Of a stretch of 64,000 nucleotides of DNA, positions 28,390-36,585 are shown piece after piece. Location of the stretch: the NCBI GenBank assembly GCA_947625975.1, contig CANQQL010000002.1:4863-68862 (forward strand). The letters run 5' to 3'. The notes under the pieces were generated by a model. It was not told where the DNA came from, searched no databases, and saw only the letters and a program-made list of their open reading frames with translations. The DNA comes from an uncultured Bacilli bacterium (GTDB lineage: Bacteria; Bacillota_I; Bacilli_A; RFN20; CAG-826). The first letter of the stretch is position 1. Each line of letters starts with the position of its first letter. Both the position numbers and the translations under genes were made by a program.

Positions 28390-29229
28390 CTAATTTACGA
28401 CTTTGCGTGATTTCTTTTCTTTAATTACTTCTGTTCGAACTTCCTCTTTAGAATTTACTTTTATATACTCATATCTTTTATCAAGATAGGAATGATTTTC
28501 TTCAACTCGTTTTATTAATTGCTGATAAACACGATCCCGTAACTCTATTTGTGCTTCTTTTGTATCTAAACTCGTATTAGGATAGAATGGTCCATCAATA
28601 TAAAGAATTAGTTTTGATTTACCATTTTTCTTCTTTTTATAAACTGTGGTTTTTACAAATACTGGTGCATTAAATTTAACCGGATAATAAAATGATGTTT
28701 CTTTAAACTGCCTTATTTTATTGTATTTAGGCCATATATGTGCTTCGGGATAAATAGAAATAACGCTACCACGATTATAAAAATCCTTAATTGCTTTAAG
28801 AAAATTGATATACGCTCTTTTTGAAGTAGGTGTCGGTAAGCACCCTAATAACCTCACGATTGTCTTAATTCCTTTAATACTGATAGAGTCGGGATTTGAA
28901 ATAATATAAGTACTACGTGGCCAAGCCAATACCGGAACAGAAAAAACATCACAGAGTGGTGAGGTGTGGTTAGAATAAACAAAATATCCTTCCTTCCTTT
29001 TGGCCATTGTCTTTAAAACTTTTCGATTTCTGATTCGTCCTCGGATAATACAATATAGCAGCAAAGCCACAATAGGATAAAACAAGTGATATATTACTTT
29101 CTTCCAAAATCTCCACCACTTACTTTTAGGATTATAGCAAAAATCATCAGGTGTCAATTTTGTTTTGATCCCAATATTTGCAAAATCATCATTTTCTTCA
29201 TCAAAGTAATAATACTTAATTTTTTTCAT
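28390..29229 (-). CDS. Membrane-anchored lysophospholipid/glycerolipid acyltransferase (PlsC/LPLAT family)
   Basis: NHTSPLCD (HX4D), YPEAHIW block, one N-terminal TM helix. Confidence 0.7.
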   Translation of the reverse strand: MKKIKYYYFDEENDDFANIGIKTKLTPDDFCYNPKSKWWRFWKKVIYHLFYPIVALLLYCIIRGRIRNRKVLKTMAKRKEGYFVYSNHTSPLCDVFSVPVLAWPRSTYIISNPDSISIKGIKTIVRLLGCLPTPTSKRAYINFLKAIKDFYNRGSVISIYPEAHIWPKYNKIRQFKETSFYYPVKFNAPVFVKTTVYKKKKNGKSKLILYIDGPFYPNTSLDTKEAQIELRDRVYQQLIKRVEENHSYLDKRYEYIKVNSKEEVRTEVIKEKKSRKVVN

Positions 29230-30379
29230 GCTTCTCTTCGTTATGCTTTTTTATTATATCAAAAAACATTTGCTCCATTTGTTCCATACAATGTTCTTGA
29301 TTAAAAGACTTACTATTTTCAAGATATTTTTGACGCAATTTCATCTTTTCTTCTGGATGTTCAATAAAATAATCGATTTTTTGGGCCAAATCCTTACTAT
29401 CGTTTACTTTAAAAAGTGATCTTTCATCCAGAGCAAAAGCTTTAGTCGCACATCTTGGAGAATTGGCAATAATAGGTACTAATCCACAGCAAATTGCCTC
29501 TAAACAAGATATCGCCTCAATTTCTATTTCTGCCGGATGGCAATATAAATCACAATAATTAATGATTTTTAATAATTCTTCCCGTTTAAAAAATTGAAAT
29601 ATTGGCATATTTGTTAGATGTTTTGCTGTATATTTTGCTAATTTTTTCTTTAATGGTCCGTCTCCAGCACAAATAAGTTGAATTTTATCTTTGTATTTTG
29701 ATTTTTCAATAGCTTTAAATAAAACCATATGTGATTTTTCTTTGGAGTATCTCCCTGTAAATAAAATACAAAATTTATCTTTAAACTGATCGGGCTTTTC
29801 ACTTGGAGTGACTTTATAAAGATCATTAACACCGTTTGAAATTACATAGCCATTTGTTTTTATTTTCATTTCTCGCTCAAAATAATCACGAATAAATTGT
29901 GTTGGATAATGTATACCATCAACATACTTGTATAAATTATTGTAATAGAATTTATAGGTTAAATGATTAGCCAAAGGAACATTTTTCATTCCAATGTGCG
30001 CAGTCAAATTTTCCGCTTGGGCATGAAAACCTGCCGAAATGGGTATATCTAGTTCCTTAAGAAGCTTTGCTGTCTTTTTGGCAATGAAAATAGGTATCAT
30101 AATATGAACAATATCCGCATCTTTGACAGCTTCATAAATGGTTGTACGGTCAAATTTTGCTACTACGATGTTATTCATATCTAATATTTTATTAGCTAAA
30201 AATCCAAATTTTGCTACAGGAATTACATAATAGTTTTCTTTATCTTTCTTATCAACATCAGGGCAAACTACTTTAACATCATATTTCTTTTTAATGAGAT
30301 GATTAATCAAGTTCATGGCTGCTATGGTTGTGCCGTTATTAGCTTTACCCAAAACTTCACAAATCACTGTAATCTTCAT
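29216..30379 (-). CDS. Glycosyltransferase family 4 (possible glycolipid synthase)
   Basis: GT-B fold. CHPAEIEIEAISCLEAICCGLVPIIANS is an EX7E-like region. The ATG at 30379 has an AGGTGA RBS. Overlaps the acyltransferase gene by 14 nt. Confidence 0.8.
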   Translation of the reverse strand: MKITVICEVLGKANNGTTIAAMNLINHLIKKKYDVKVVCPDVDKKDKENYYVIPVAKFGFLANKILDMNNIVVAKFDRTTIYEAVKDADIVHIMIPIFIAKKTAKLLKELDIPISAGFHAQAENLTAHIGMKNVPLANHLTYKFYYNNLYKYVDGIHYPTQFIRDYFEREMKIKTNGYVISNGVNDLYKVTPSEKPDQFKDKFCILFTGRYSKEKSHMVLFKAIEKSKYKDKIQLICAGDGPLKKKLAKYTAKHLTNMPIFQFFKREELLKIINYCDLYCHPAEIEIEAISCLEAICCGLVPIIANSPRCATKAFALDERSLFKVNDSKDLAQKIDYFIEHPEEKMKLRQKYLENSKSFNQEHCMEQMEQMFFDIIKKHNEEKHEKN

Positions 30380-30499
30380 ATAACTCACCTATTACAATTA
30401 TAACTACAATAAACTTAAAGTAAAGAAAGTTTTTAATTTACGCTTGCACTTGTTAATTATGACTATACTACTCACTTTTTTCGATGCGTGTTACTTAAC

Positions 30500-32389
30500 T
30501 TACTCTAAAAAGACTCTTAAGGAATTCAAAATGGCCAATATAGTGACTCCCACATCTCCAAATACTGCAACCCACATATTGGTAATTCCCAAAGCAGATA
30601 ATATAAGAATCAGCACTTTGATTACTATTGCTAACCATATATTTTCCAAAACTATTTTCATGGTTTTCTTAGCGATTTTTCTTGCTTCAATAATACTCTT
30701 TAAATCATCCTTCATTAAAACAATGTCGCTTGCTTCAATCGCCGCATCACTGCCAATGCCACCCATTGAAATACCTATGTCAGAAATCATTAAAGAGGGG
30801 GCATCATTAATTCCATCTCCAACAAAGCACACTGCTCTATGATTGTTTTTTATGACATTACTTAAATAAGTATATTTATTTTGTGGTAATAGTGATGCTT
30901 GATAATTTGGAATCCTTAATTCCTCGGCAACATGTTTTGCTGTTACTTCATTATCACCTGTAAGCATTATTACTTTTGCTTTAATATTATTTAAATAATT
31001 TATTAATACATAACTTTCTTCTTTAATTTCGTCGTTTATGACAATATATCCGATAAGTTTATTATTTTGAGCAACATAGACTATTGTACCGGATTCTTGA
31101 CAACGTTCATAATTTATATGATATTTTTTCATTAATTTCTCATTGCCACATAAAATAATGTCTTTTTCATTTTTAGCGACAATTCCCAATCCTTGTAAAT
31201 CGGTCATTAAATAATTCTTCGGAAAGTCTTTTTGGTACTTGGCACATATTGATTTGGCAATTGGATGAGATAAATCATGTTCTGCAATAACGGCTAAGCG
31301 TAAAATTTCTTCACTTTTTTCTTCAGGATATATTTTCGTAATGACAAAATTTCCTTTAGTTAAAGTTCCGGTTTTATCAAATACAAAAGTATCCGCTTTA
31401 CTAAATTTTTCAAGATAATTAGATCCCTTAATCAATATTCCCTTTTTTGAAGCTACACCTATACCAGAAAAAAAAGTTAATGGTATTGAGATGACTAAAG
31501 CACATGGGCAAGACACGACAAGAAAACTCAAAGCCCGATATATCCAAATATTCCAATTACCTGTAATAATGCTAGGAACTATGGCTAAAAATATTGCCAA
31601 AAAAACTACAATTGGCGTATAGTAACGGGCAAATTTTGTAATAAATTTTTCAGAGGGTGCTTTTTTGCTAGAAGCATTTTCCACCAACTCTAAAACTTTG
31701 GAAACTGTTGAATTATAAAACTGGCGGGTCACCTTGACTTCAATTGTTGAACTCAAGTTAATCGTGCCACTTATGACAGAATCACCAACCACCACGCAAG
31801 ACGGTTTCGCTTCTCCGGTTAATGATTTCGTATCTAAAGTAGTTTCGCCTTTAACTACGATTCCATCAAGTGGTACTTTTTCTCCGGGATTAATCACAAT
31901 GATGTCATCAATTTGGACAACTTCCGGATCAACGGTCTGAATTTTATTTTGAAAGCGCAAATTAGCATAGTCCGGGCGAATATCCATAAGTGCGGAGATT
32001 GATTTCCGAGATTTACTGACGGCATAGTTTTGGAAAAATTCCCCAATTTGGTAAAATAACAAAACGGCGCAGGCCTCATCAAATCCTTCGATTTGGAGAC
32101 CATTCACACCCCGATATATGGCGAGAGAAAAAGCCCCAATCGTGGCAACAAGCATTAAAAAACATTCATCAAATATCTGACCGTTTTTAATATTTATAAG
32201 TGCTTTATAAATTACATCATAGCCAATAATAATATATACTGCCAAATACAAAGAAAATGGCAACAGCCAATTTAAAGCACCGTTGAAAACACTTGCAAGA
32301 TTTATAAATTTATCAACTACAAAAATAATTATAAAAAGCGTTAATGCTACTATTATTCGCATTAAATTTTTCTTTTGCTTACTAGTCAT
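30500..32389 (-). CDS. Heavy-metal translocating P1B-type ATPase (Zn/Cd/Co-type) without a fused N-terminal metal-binding domain
   Basis: CPC in VVSCPCALVISIPL, DKTGTLT, GDGINDAP. The N-terminus begins directly with TM helices. Confidence 0.92.
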   Translation of the reverse strand: MTSKQKKNLMRIIVALTLFIIIFVVDKFINLASVFNGALNWLLPFSLYLAVYIIIGYDVIYKALINIKNGQIFDECFLMLVATIGAFSLAIYRGVNGLQIEGFDEACAVLLFYQIGEFFQNYAVSKSRKSISALMDIRPDYANLRFQNKIQTVDPEVVQIDDIIVINPGEKVPLDGIVVKGETTLDTKSLTGEAKPSCVVVGDSVISGTINLSSTIEVKVTRQFYNSTVSKVLELVENASSKKAPSEKFITKFARYYTPIVVFLAIFLAIVPSIITGNWNIWIYRALSFLVVSCPCALVISIPLTFFSGIGVASKKGILIKGSNYLEKFSKADTFVFDKTGTLTKGNFVITKIYPEEKSEEILRLAVIAEHDLSHPIAKSICAKYQKDFPKNYLMTDLQGLGIVAKNEKDIILCGNEKLMKKYHINYERCQESGTIVYVAQNNKLIGYIVINDEIKEESYVLINYLNNIKAKVIMLTGDNEVTAKHVAEELRIPNYQASLLPQNKYTYLSNVIKNNHRAVCFVGDGINDAPSLMISDIGISMGGIGSDAAIEASDIVLMKDDLKSIIEARKIAKKTMKIVLENIWLAIVIKVLILILSALGITNMWVAVFGDVGVTILAILNSLRVFLE

Positions 32390-32403
32390 TAATGTCGCTC
32401 TCC

Positions 32404-32619
32404 CTATTTGATTTTACAATCAGGTTCAATTTTACTAATAATTTTTTTCACTTGAAGAAGAATAGTTTCAAAGTTTTCTTCTTCAGCTTCTAATGTTAAT
32501 CTTTGCGTCATAAATGAAATACTGGCATCTTGCACACCGGCAATTTTTTTGATACTTTCTTCCATCTTAGCTGCACAATTTGCACAATCAATTTCTTCTA
32601 ATTTAAAAACTTTTCGCAT
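32404..32619 (-). CDS. Stand-alone heavy-metal-associated (HMA) domain protein / metallochaperone
   Basis: IDCANCAAKME CxxC motif in a ferredoxin-like length. GGAGGA RBS before the ATG at 32619. Confidence 0.85.
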   Translation of the reverse strand: MRKVFKLEEIDCANCAAKMEESIKKIAGVQDASISFMTQRLTLEAEEENFETILLQVKKIISKIEPDCKIK

Positions 32620-32635
32620 AAAAAATCCTCCAATA

Positions 32636-32653
32636 TTTGAACAACTATTCAAA
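32636..32653. promoter_or_regulatory. ArsR/SmtB-type operator candidate 2 (upstream of the HMA and ATPase genes)
   Basis: TTTGAACAACTATTCAAA (6-6-6 inverted repeat). 17 of 18 bases match the site at 33058-33075. Confidence 0.55.
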
Positions 32654-32683
32654 TAATAAATATTTTAAAAACACTCATTTGGT

Positions 32684-33040
32684 TTATTTTTCTTCATTAA
32701 TATGAGATAATCCGCACTTGAAAATTTGTGAAACATGATCATCATCAAGAGAATACATAACTTCTTTTCCCATTTTTATAGCTTTAACTAGTTTTGCATC
32801 TCTTAAGATACGAAGTTGGTGCGAAACAGCAGAAACACTTATATTAAGAACATCCGCAATATCACACACACACAAATCACGAATCTCCAAAACAGACATG
32901 ATTTTTGCACGAGTTGCATCACCAAATACCTTAAACAGATTAGCAAGATCACTAACTTGATCACTATTGGGCATGTGTTGACGAACATTCTCAATTAATG
33001 CGTTGTGATTTTTAATTGCTTGATCTATTAATTTTTCCAT
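32684..33040 (-). CDS. ArsR/SmtB-family metalloregulator (CzrA/SmtB/CadC-like)
   Basis: wHTH LCVCDIADVLNISVSAVSHQLRILR. Complete alpha5 site DxHx10Hx2E (DDHVSQIFKCGLSHINE). Confidence 0.9.
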   Translation of the reverse strand: MEKLIDQAIKNHNALIENVRQHMPNSDQVSDLANLFKVFGDATRAKIMSVLEIRDLCVCDIADVLNISVSAVSHQLRILRDAKLVKAIKMGKEVMYSLDDDHVSQIFKCGLSHINEEK

Positions 33041-33057
33041 AAATTCACCGCCATTCG

Positions 33058-33082
33058 TTTGAACAATTATTCAAATGTTCAA
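33058..33082. promoter_or_regulatory. ArsR/SmtB-type operator candidate 1 (upstream of the regulator gene)
   Basis: TTTGAACAATTATTCAAA overlaps a second dyad, TTGAACA-N10-TGTTCAA. Confidence 0.55.
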
Positions 33083-33124
33083 TTAATTATATGCACAATA
33101 ATATTTTTTGTCAACTATTATTAA

Positions 33125-33529
33125 TTATTTTAAATAGTTTAAGGACTGCTCTAATAATTTTTTTTCATTTTCTATTTCACACTTTTCTTTAAAATGCGAT
33201 ATTTTCATATAATATATTTTAGCAATCTTATCTTTGTCCATAATTTCCGGCTTTTGCTTATCGTGTAAACAAAAAACCAGTGGTTTAACCTTTGCTATTA
33301 TATCAGTTTGTGACAAGCTATATTCTTCTAACTCTCTGACAAGATCTTTTTGTGTCACTATGACTCCGGTAGTTTCATAACAAACCCTAATTGCGGATTG
33401 TAAATTGTTTTCTCCTAATTTAATTTCTCCTATAGGAAAAGAGATTCTGGTTTTATTGATGGTCTTTTCTTCAATTACCAAAATTTCTTTTTCAAAAATT
33501 GTTATAATCTGTACAAGCTTAATTTCCAT
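33125..33529 (-). CDS. Small Nudix-fold protein with a degenerate Nudix box
   Basis: GEIKLGENNLQSAIRVCYETTGV fits GX5EX7R..E..G, but REUXEE is replaced by RVCYET. Overlaps the addA stop by 1 nt (TAATG). Confidence 0.55.
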   Translation of the reverse strand: MEIKLVQIITIFEKEILVIEEKTINKTRISFPIGEIKLGENNLQSAIRVCYETTGVIVTQKDLVRELEEYSLSQTDIIAKVKPLVFCLHDKQKPEIMDKDKIAKIYYMKISHFKEKCEIENEKKLLEQSLNYLK

Positions 33530-36500
33530 TATTTTATCTCTTTTATTTTTGCCTCTGTAATTGAAAGCAAATACGTCGTAACTTTTTTGTTAAATTTTTC
33601 TAAAATAAACTTTTGATAAACCTTCAATTGATGCACATAACTTTCATCATCGATATTTTTCGTTTTATAGTCAATTATTTTTATATCTGATTCTCCGATT
33701 AATAACAAGTCAATAACTCCAATCATTTCATTTTTTTCATCATAGAAAGAATATTCTTTATAAATCATATAATGAGATAAATCTTTGAAAATATCCAAGG
33801 ATAATATTTTATCAATATAATTTTTTATCTTTTTATCATTAATAAAACTAGTATCCTTAGTTTTAAAATCGGTAAGTTCTAAAATGTAATGTAATGTACT
33901 GCCAAAGTTTAAAGCCTCAATATTTGCGTCGTTATTCAAAGCCTTAGAAGCATGTTCTTTTTCGCTATTTTCCGGCATTTGAATATTTGGCATAGTTAAA
34001 AGATTTATTTCCATTTCCTCATCAAAATTTGCTTCATTATTTTTTAAAGTCAATATCTGAAAATCAACTTCTTTCTCCGATATTTTTTGACTTGCTACAT
34101 TTTGATAATAATTTACAAAATCATAAAAAGACTTGCTAAATCTTAAATCCTTTGATTCTTCTTCGCTTTTAGTATCCATCAGCAAAATTGCTTTTTCTTT
34201 TGCTCTTGTTAAGGCCACATAAATTAATCTTATCCGCTCAGAACGCGTTTTGTTTTTTATATCTTCTTTATTTAAAAAATCAAGAATATTTAAAGAGCTA
34301 TTATTATTAATTAACGGAAGAATCAAACCATATTTTAAACTTGTTTTAAACTTTGATTTTCTGTTGTTAGATAAAAAGAAATTAGTTTCTAAAGATGGCA
34401 AATAAACTATCGGAAATTCTAAGCCTTTAGATTTATGAATAGTCATTAATTTTACAACATTATCGACAGCATTATCGGCACTGCTTTCCAGATCAATCCC
34501 CAAAGTTTTTAAGTCATTAATGTACTTTGCAAAATCATTTAACGAATATTCCAATTTTTGCATGTCACATGCAACGTTATAGAGATGGTCAAGAATTATT
34601 TGATTTTCCTCAATATCGCCAATTAGAATTAATTTATTATAAATATCTAGTCTTTCATAAAGGCACAGTATTATTTCGCTCAATGGTAAAACATCGGTCA
34701 TTTTGGCGATTTCATTCATATCTATATATGCTTTTGTTTTCTTTAATTGGTCAGACTTCACCGCATCATAAATTTCCGAATCCTTAACTTGATAGGCAAA
34801 GGAGCGCAATAAGCCAATTAAAGTATGTTTAAATTCCACATCAAATTGTTCATTTTTTATTTTGAGAATTACTGTTAAAGCATCATAAAACAAATTGCCT
34901 ACCAACGAAGAAATTATCTTTTCATCTCGATATGTTTTTAGTGGAAATTGATATTGGTCAAAAACTTTTTTATATAAATCAAATTGAGCTTTTTTATCGA
35001 TAAGTATAGCAAAATCCGCATATTTACATGCCCGTAGATTTTTATTTTTAGCATCATACACTAAGTATTTATCATTTACTTTTCGCACTATATCTTGAGC
35101 GATTAAATGTGCCTCGTATTCTGCTTTTTTTAACGTGCTACTATCCGAATTATATTTATATATTTCAAGATGATTACTGACATTATTGGCTCCATAATTC
35201 AAATAATCCGTGTTCCCGGCTTTTGAAATATGGTCAATACGATAATCTACTGACCCATAATTTTTAGTCATTAATAAAGAAAATATTTTATTTAAGTCTT
35301 CAACAAGTTCTTGCCTGCTTCGGAAATTATAATTTAAATCAATCTTTTCCCCATTTATCCCCTGTTTATACTTTTCATATTTTTCTTGGAAAATACTACA
35401 ATTTGCATTTCTAAAGGAATAGATTGATTGCTTTGTATCACCAACCATAAATAAATTATTATTAGCTATCTTACTGATAAAAGCTTCTTGAATATCAGAA
35501 GTGTCTTGATATTCATCGACCATTATAAATTTAATTGATTCTTTAATTTCTTTATTGATTTGCTCATCATCAACAAGTTTTAAAGCCATTTTAGCAATAT
35601 CAGCAAAGGTGTATGCATTCTTCCTATGTTTAAATTCTCCTAAACGTTTATCTAATTCAATTGCTATTTTAAATAGATAATTGTAAGCATTTTTATATTG
35701 CTCATTGGTAAATACCTCGATAACATCTTCACGTGTTCCTATATTTTTAATATTACTACATAGTTCTTTAAAACTATCGTTAATGCTCTTTTTAAGTTGC
35801 TTATCAGTTTCGGAAACATTTTTGGCATCAACCAATTTAGCTCCACAGGCTATAGTAAATAAATCATTATAATCTTGAGCAGATTTTAGCAGATTTATTT
35901 TTTCTATGATTTTATTGGCAAAATCAATGTCTTCAAAGTAATCACACATTTTTATAAAATCATCTAAATATGATTTTGCTACTATTAATACTTCTTCTAG
36001 CAAATTATCTATAAATTTTACATCAAAAACTTCTTTATTGGCATTGTTTAAAAAACCTTCTTTGTCAATCTTTAAATCTGCCAAAGCTAAAATTGCCACA
36101 ACATAATCTTTTAAAACGTCGTCATCTTTAACTACAAAAGTTTTAATAAAATCTAGGAATGATTGATCTCCTTGGTCATAAAGGGTATTAAATATATCTT
36201 CAAGAATTTCATATTCTTTAATTTTTACAATGTTTGAATCAATAATAGATACATCCTTCGAAATATCGAAAAAATAGTTATATTTTTTTACTAAATATAA
36301 AGAATATGCATCAAAGGTTGTCACTTGACTTCCTTCAACATCATCAGCTTCTGCAAAAAAACTTTCTTTTCTCAGTTGAGCAATTAAACGATCTTTCATT
36401 TCGTGAGCCGCTGCATTTGTAAAGGTCAGAATCAATAACTCATCAACTTTAGCTTCTTTCTTTTTGATAATCTCAAAAGCTCTCGCTGTTAGCACTGCCG

Positions 36501-36585
36501 TTTTTCCAGAGCCTGCTCCGGCTGACACAATCGCATTGACATTACGAATATTTATTGCTTTTAATTGCTCGCTAGTCCACGCCAT
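33529..36585 (-). CDS. addA: ATP-dependent helicase/nuclease subunit A (AddA/RexA), compact 1018-aa form
   Basis: UvrD-type Walker A AGAGSGKT, DEYQDT, and the C-terminal PD-(D/E)xK motif VIDLLL...IKIIDYKT. Confidence 0.9.
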   Translation of the reverse strand: MAWTSEQLKAINIRNVNAIVSAGAGSGKTAVLTARAFEIIKKKEAKVDELLILTFTNAAAHEMKDRLIAQLRKESFFAEADDVEGSQVTTFDAYSLYLVKKYNYFFDISKDVSIIDSNIVKIKEYEILEDIFNTLYDQGDQSFLDFIKTFVVKDDDVLKDYVVAILALADLKIDKEGFLNNANKEVFDVKFIDNLLEEVLIVAKSYLDDFIKMCDYFEDIDFANKIIEKINLLKSAQDYNDLFTIACGAKLVDAKNVSETDKQLKKSINDSFKELCSNIKNIGTREDVIEVFTNEQYKNAYNYLFKIAIELDKRLGEFKHRKNAYTFADIAKMALKLVDDEQINKEIKESIKFIMVDEYQDTSDIQEAFISKIANNNLFMVGDTKQSIYSFRNANCSIFQEKYEKYKQGINGEKIDLNYNFRSRQELVEDLNKIFSLLMTKNYGSVDYRIDHISKAGNTDYLNYGANNVSNHLEIYKYNSDSSTLKKAEYEAHLIAQDIVRKVNDKYLVYDAKNKNLRACKYADFAILIDKKAQFDLYKKVFDQYQFPLKTYRDEKIISSLVGNLFYDALTVILKIKNEQFDVEFKHTLIGLLRSFAYQVKDSEIYDAVKSDQLKKTKAYIDMNEIAKMTDVLPLSEIILCLYERLDIYNKLILIGDIEENQIILDHLYNVACDMQKLEYSLNDFAKYINDLKTLGIDLESSADNAVDNVVKLMTIHKSKGLEFPIVYLPSLETNFFLSNNRKSKFKTSLKYGLILPLINNNSSLNILDFLNKEDIKNKTRSERIRLIYVALTRAKEKAILLMDTKSEEESKDLRFSKSFYDFVNYYQNVASQKISEKEVDFQILTLKNNEANFDEEMEINLLTMPNIQMPENSEKEHASKALNNDANIEALNFGSTLHYILELTDFKTKDTSFINDKKIKNYIDKILSLDIFKDLSHYMIYKEYSFYDEKNEMIGVIDLLLIGESDIKIIDYKTKNIDDESYVHQLKVYQKFILEKFNKKVTTYLLSITEAKIKEIK

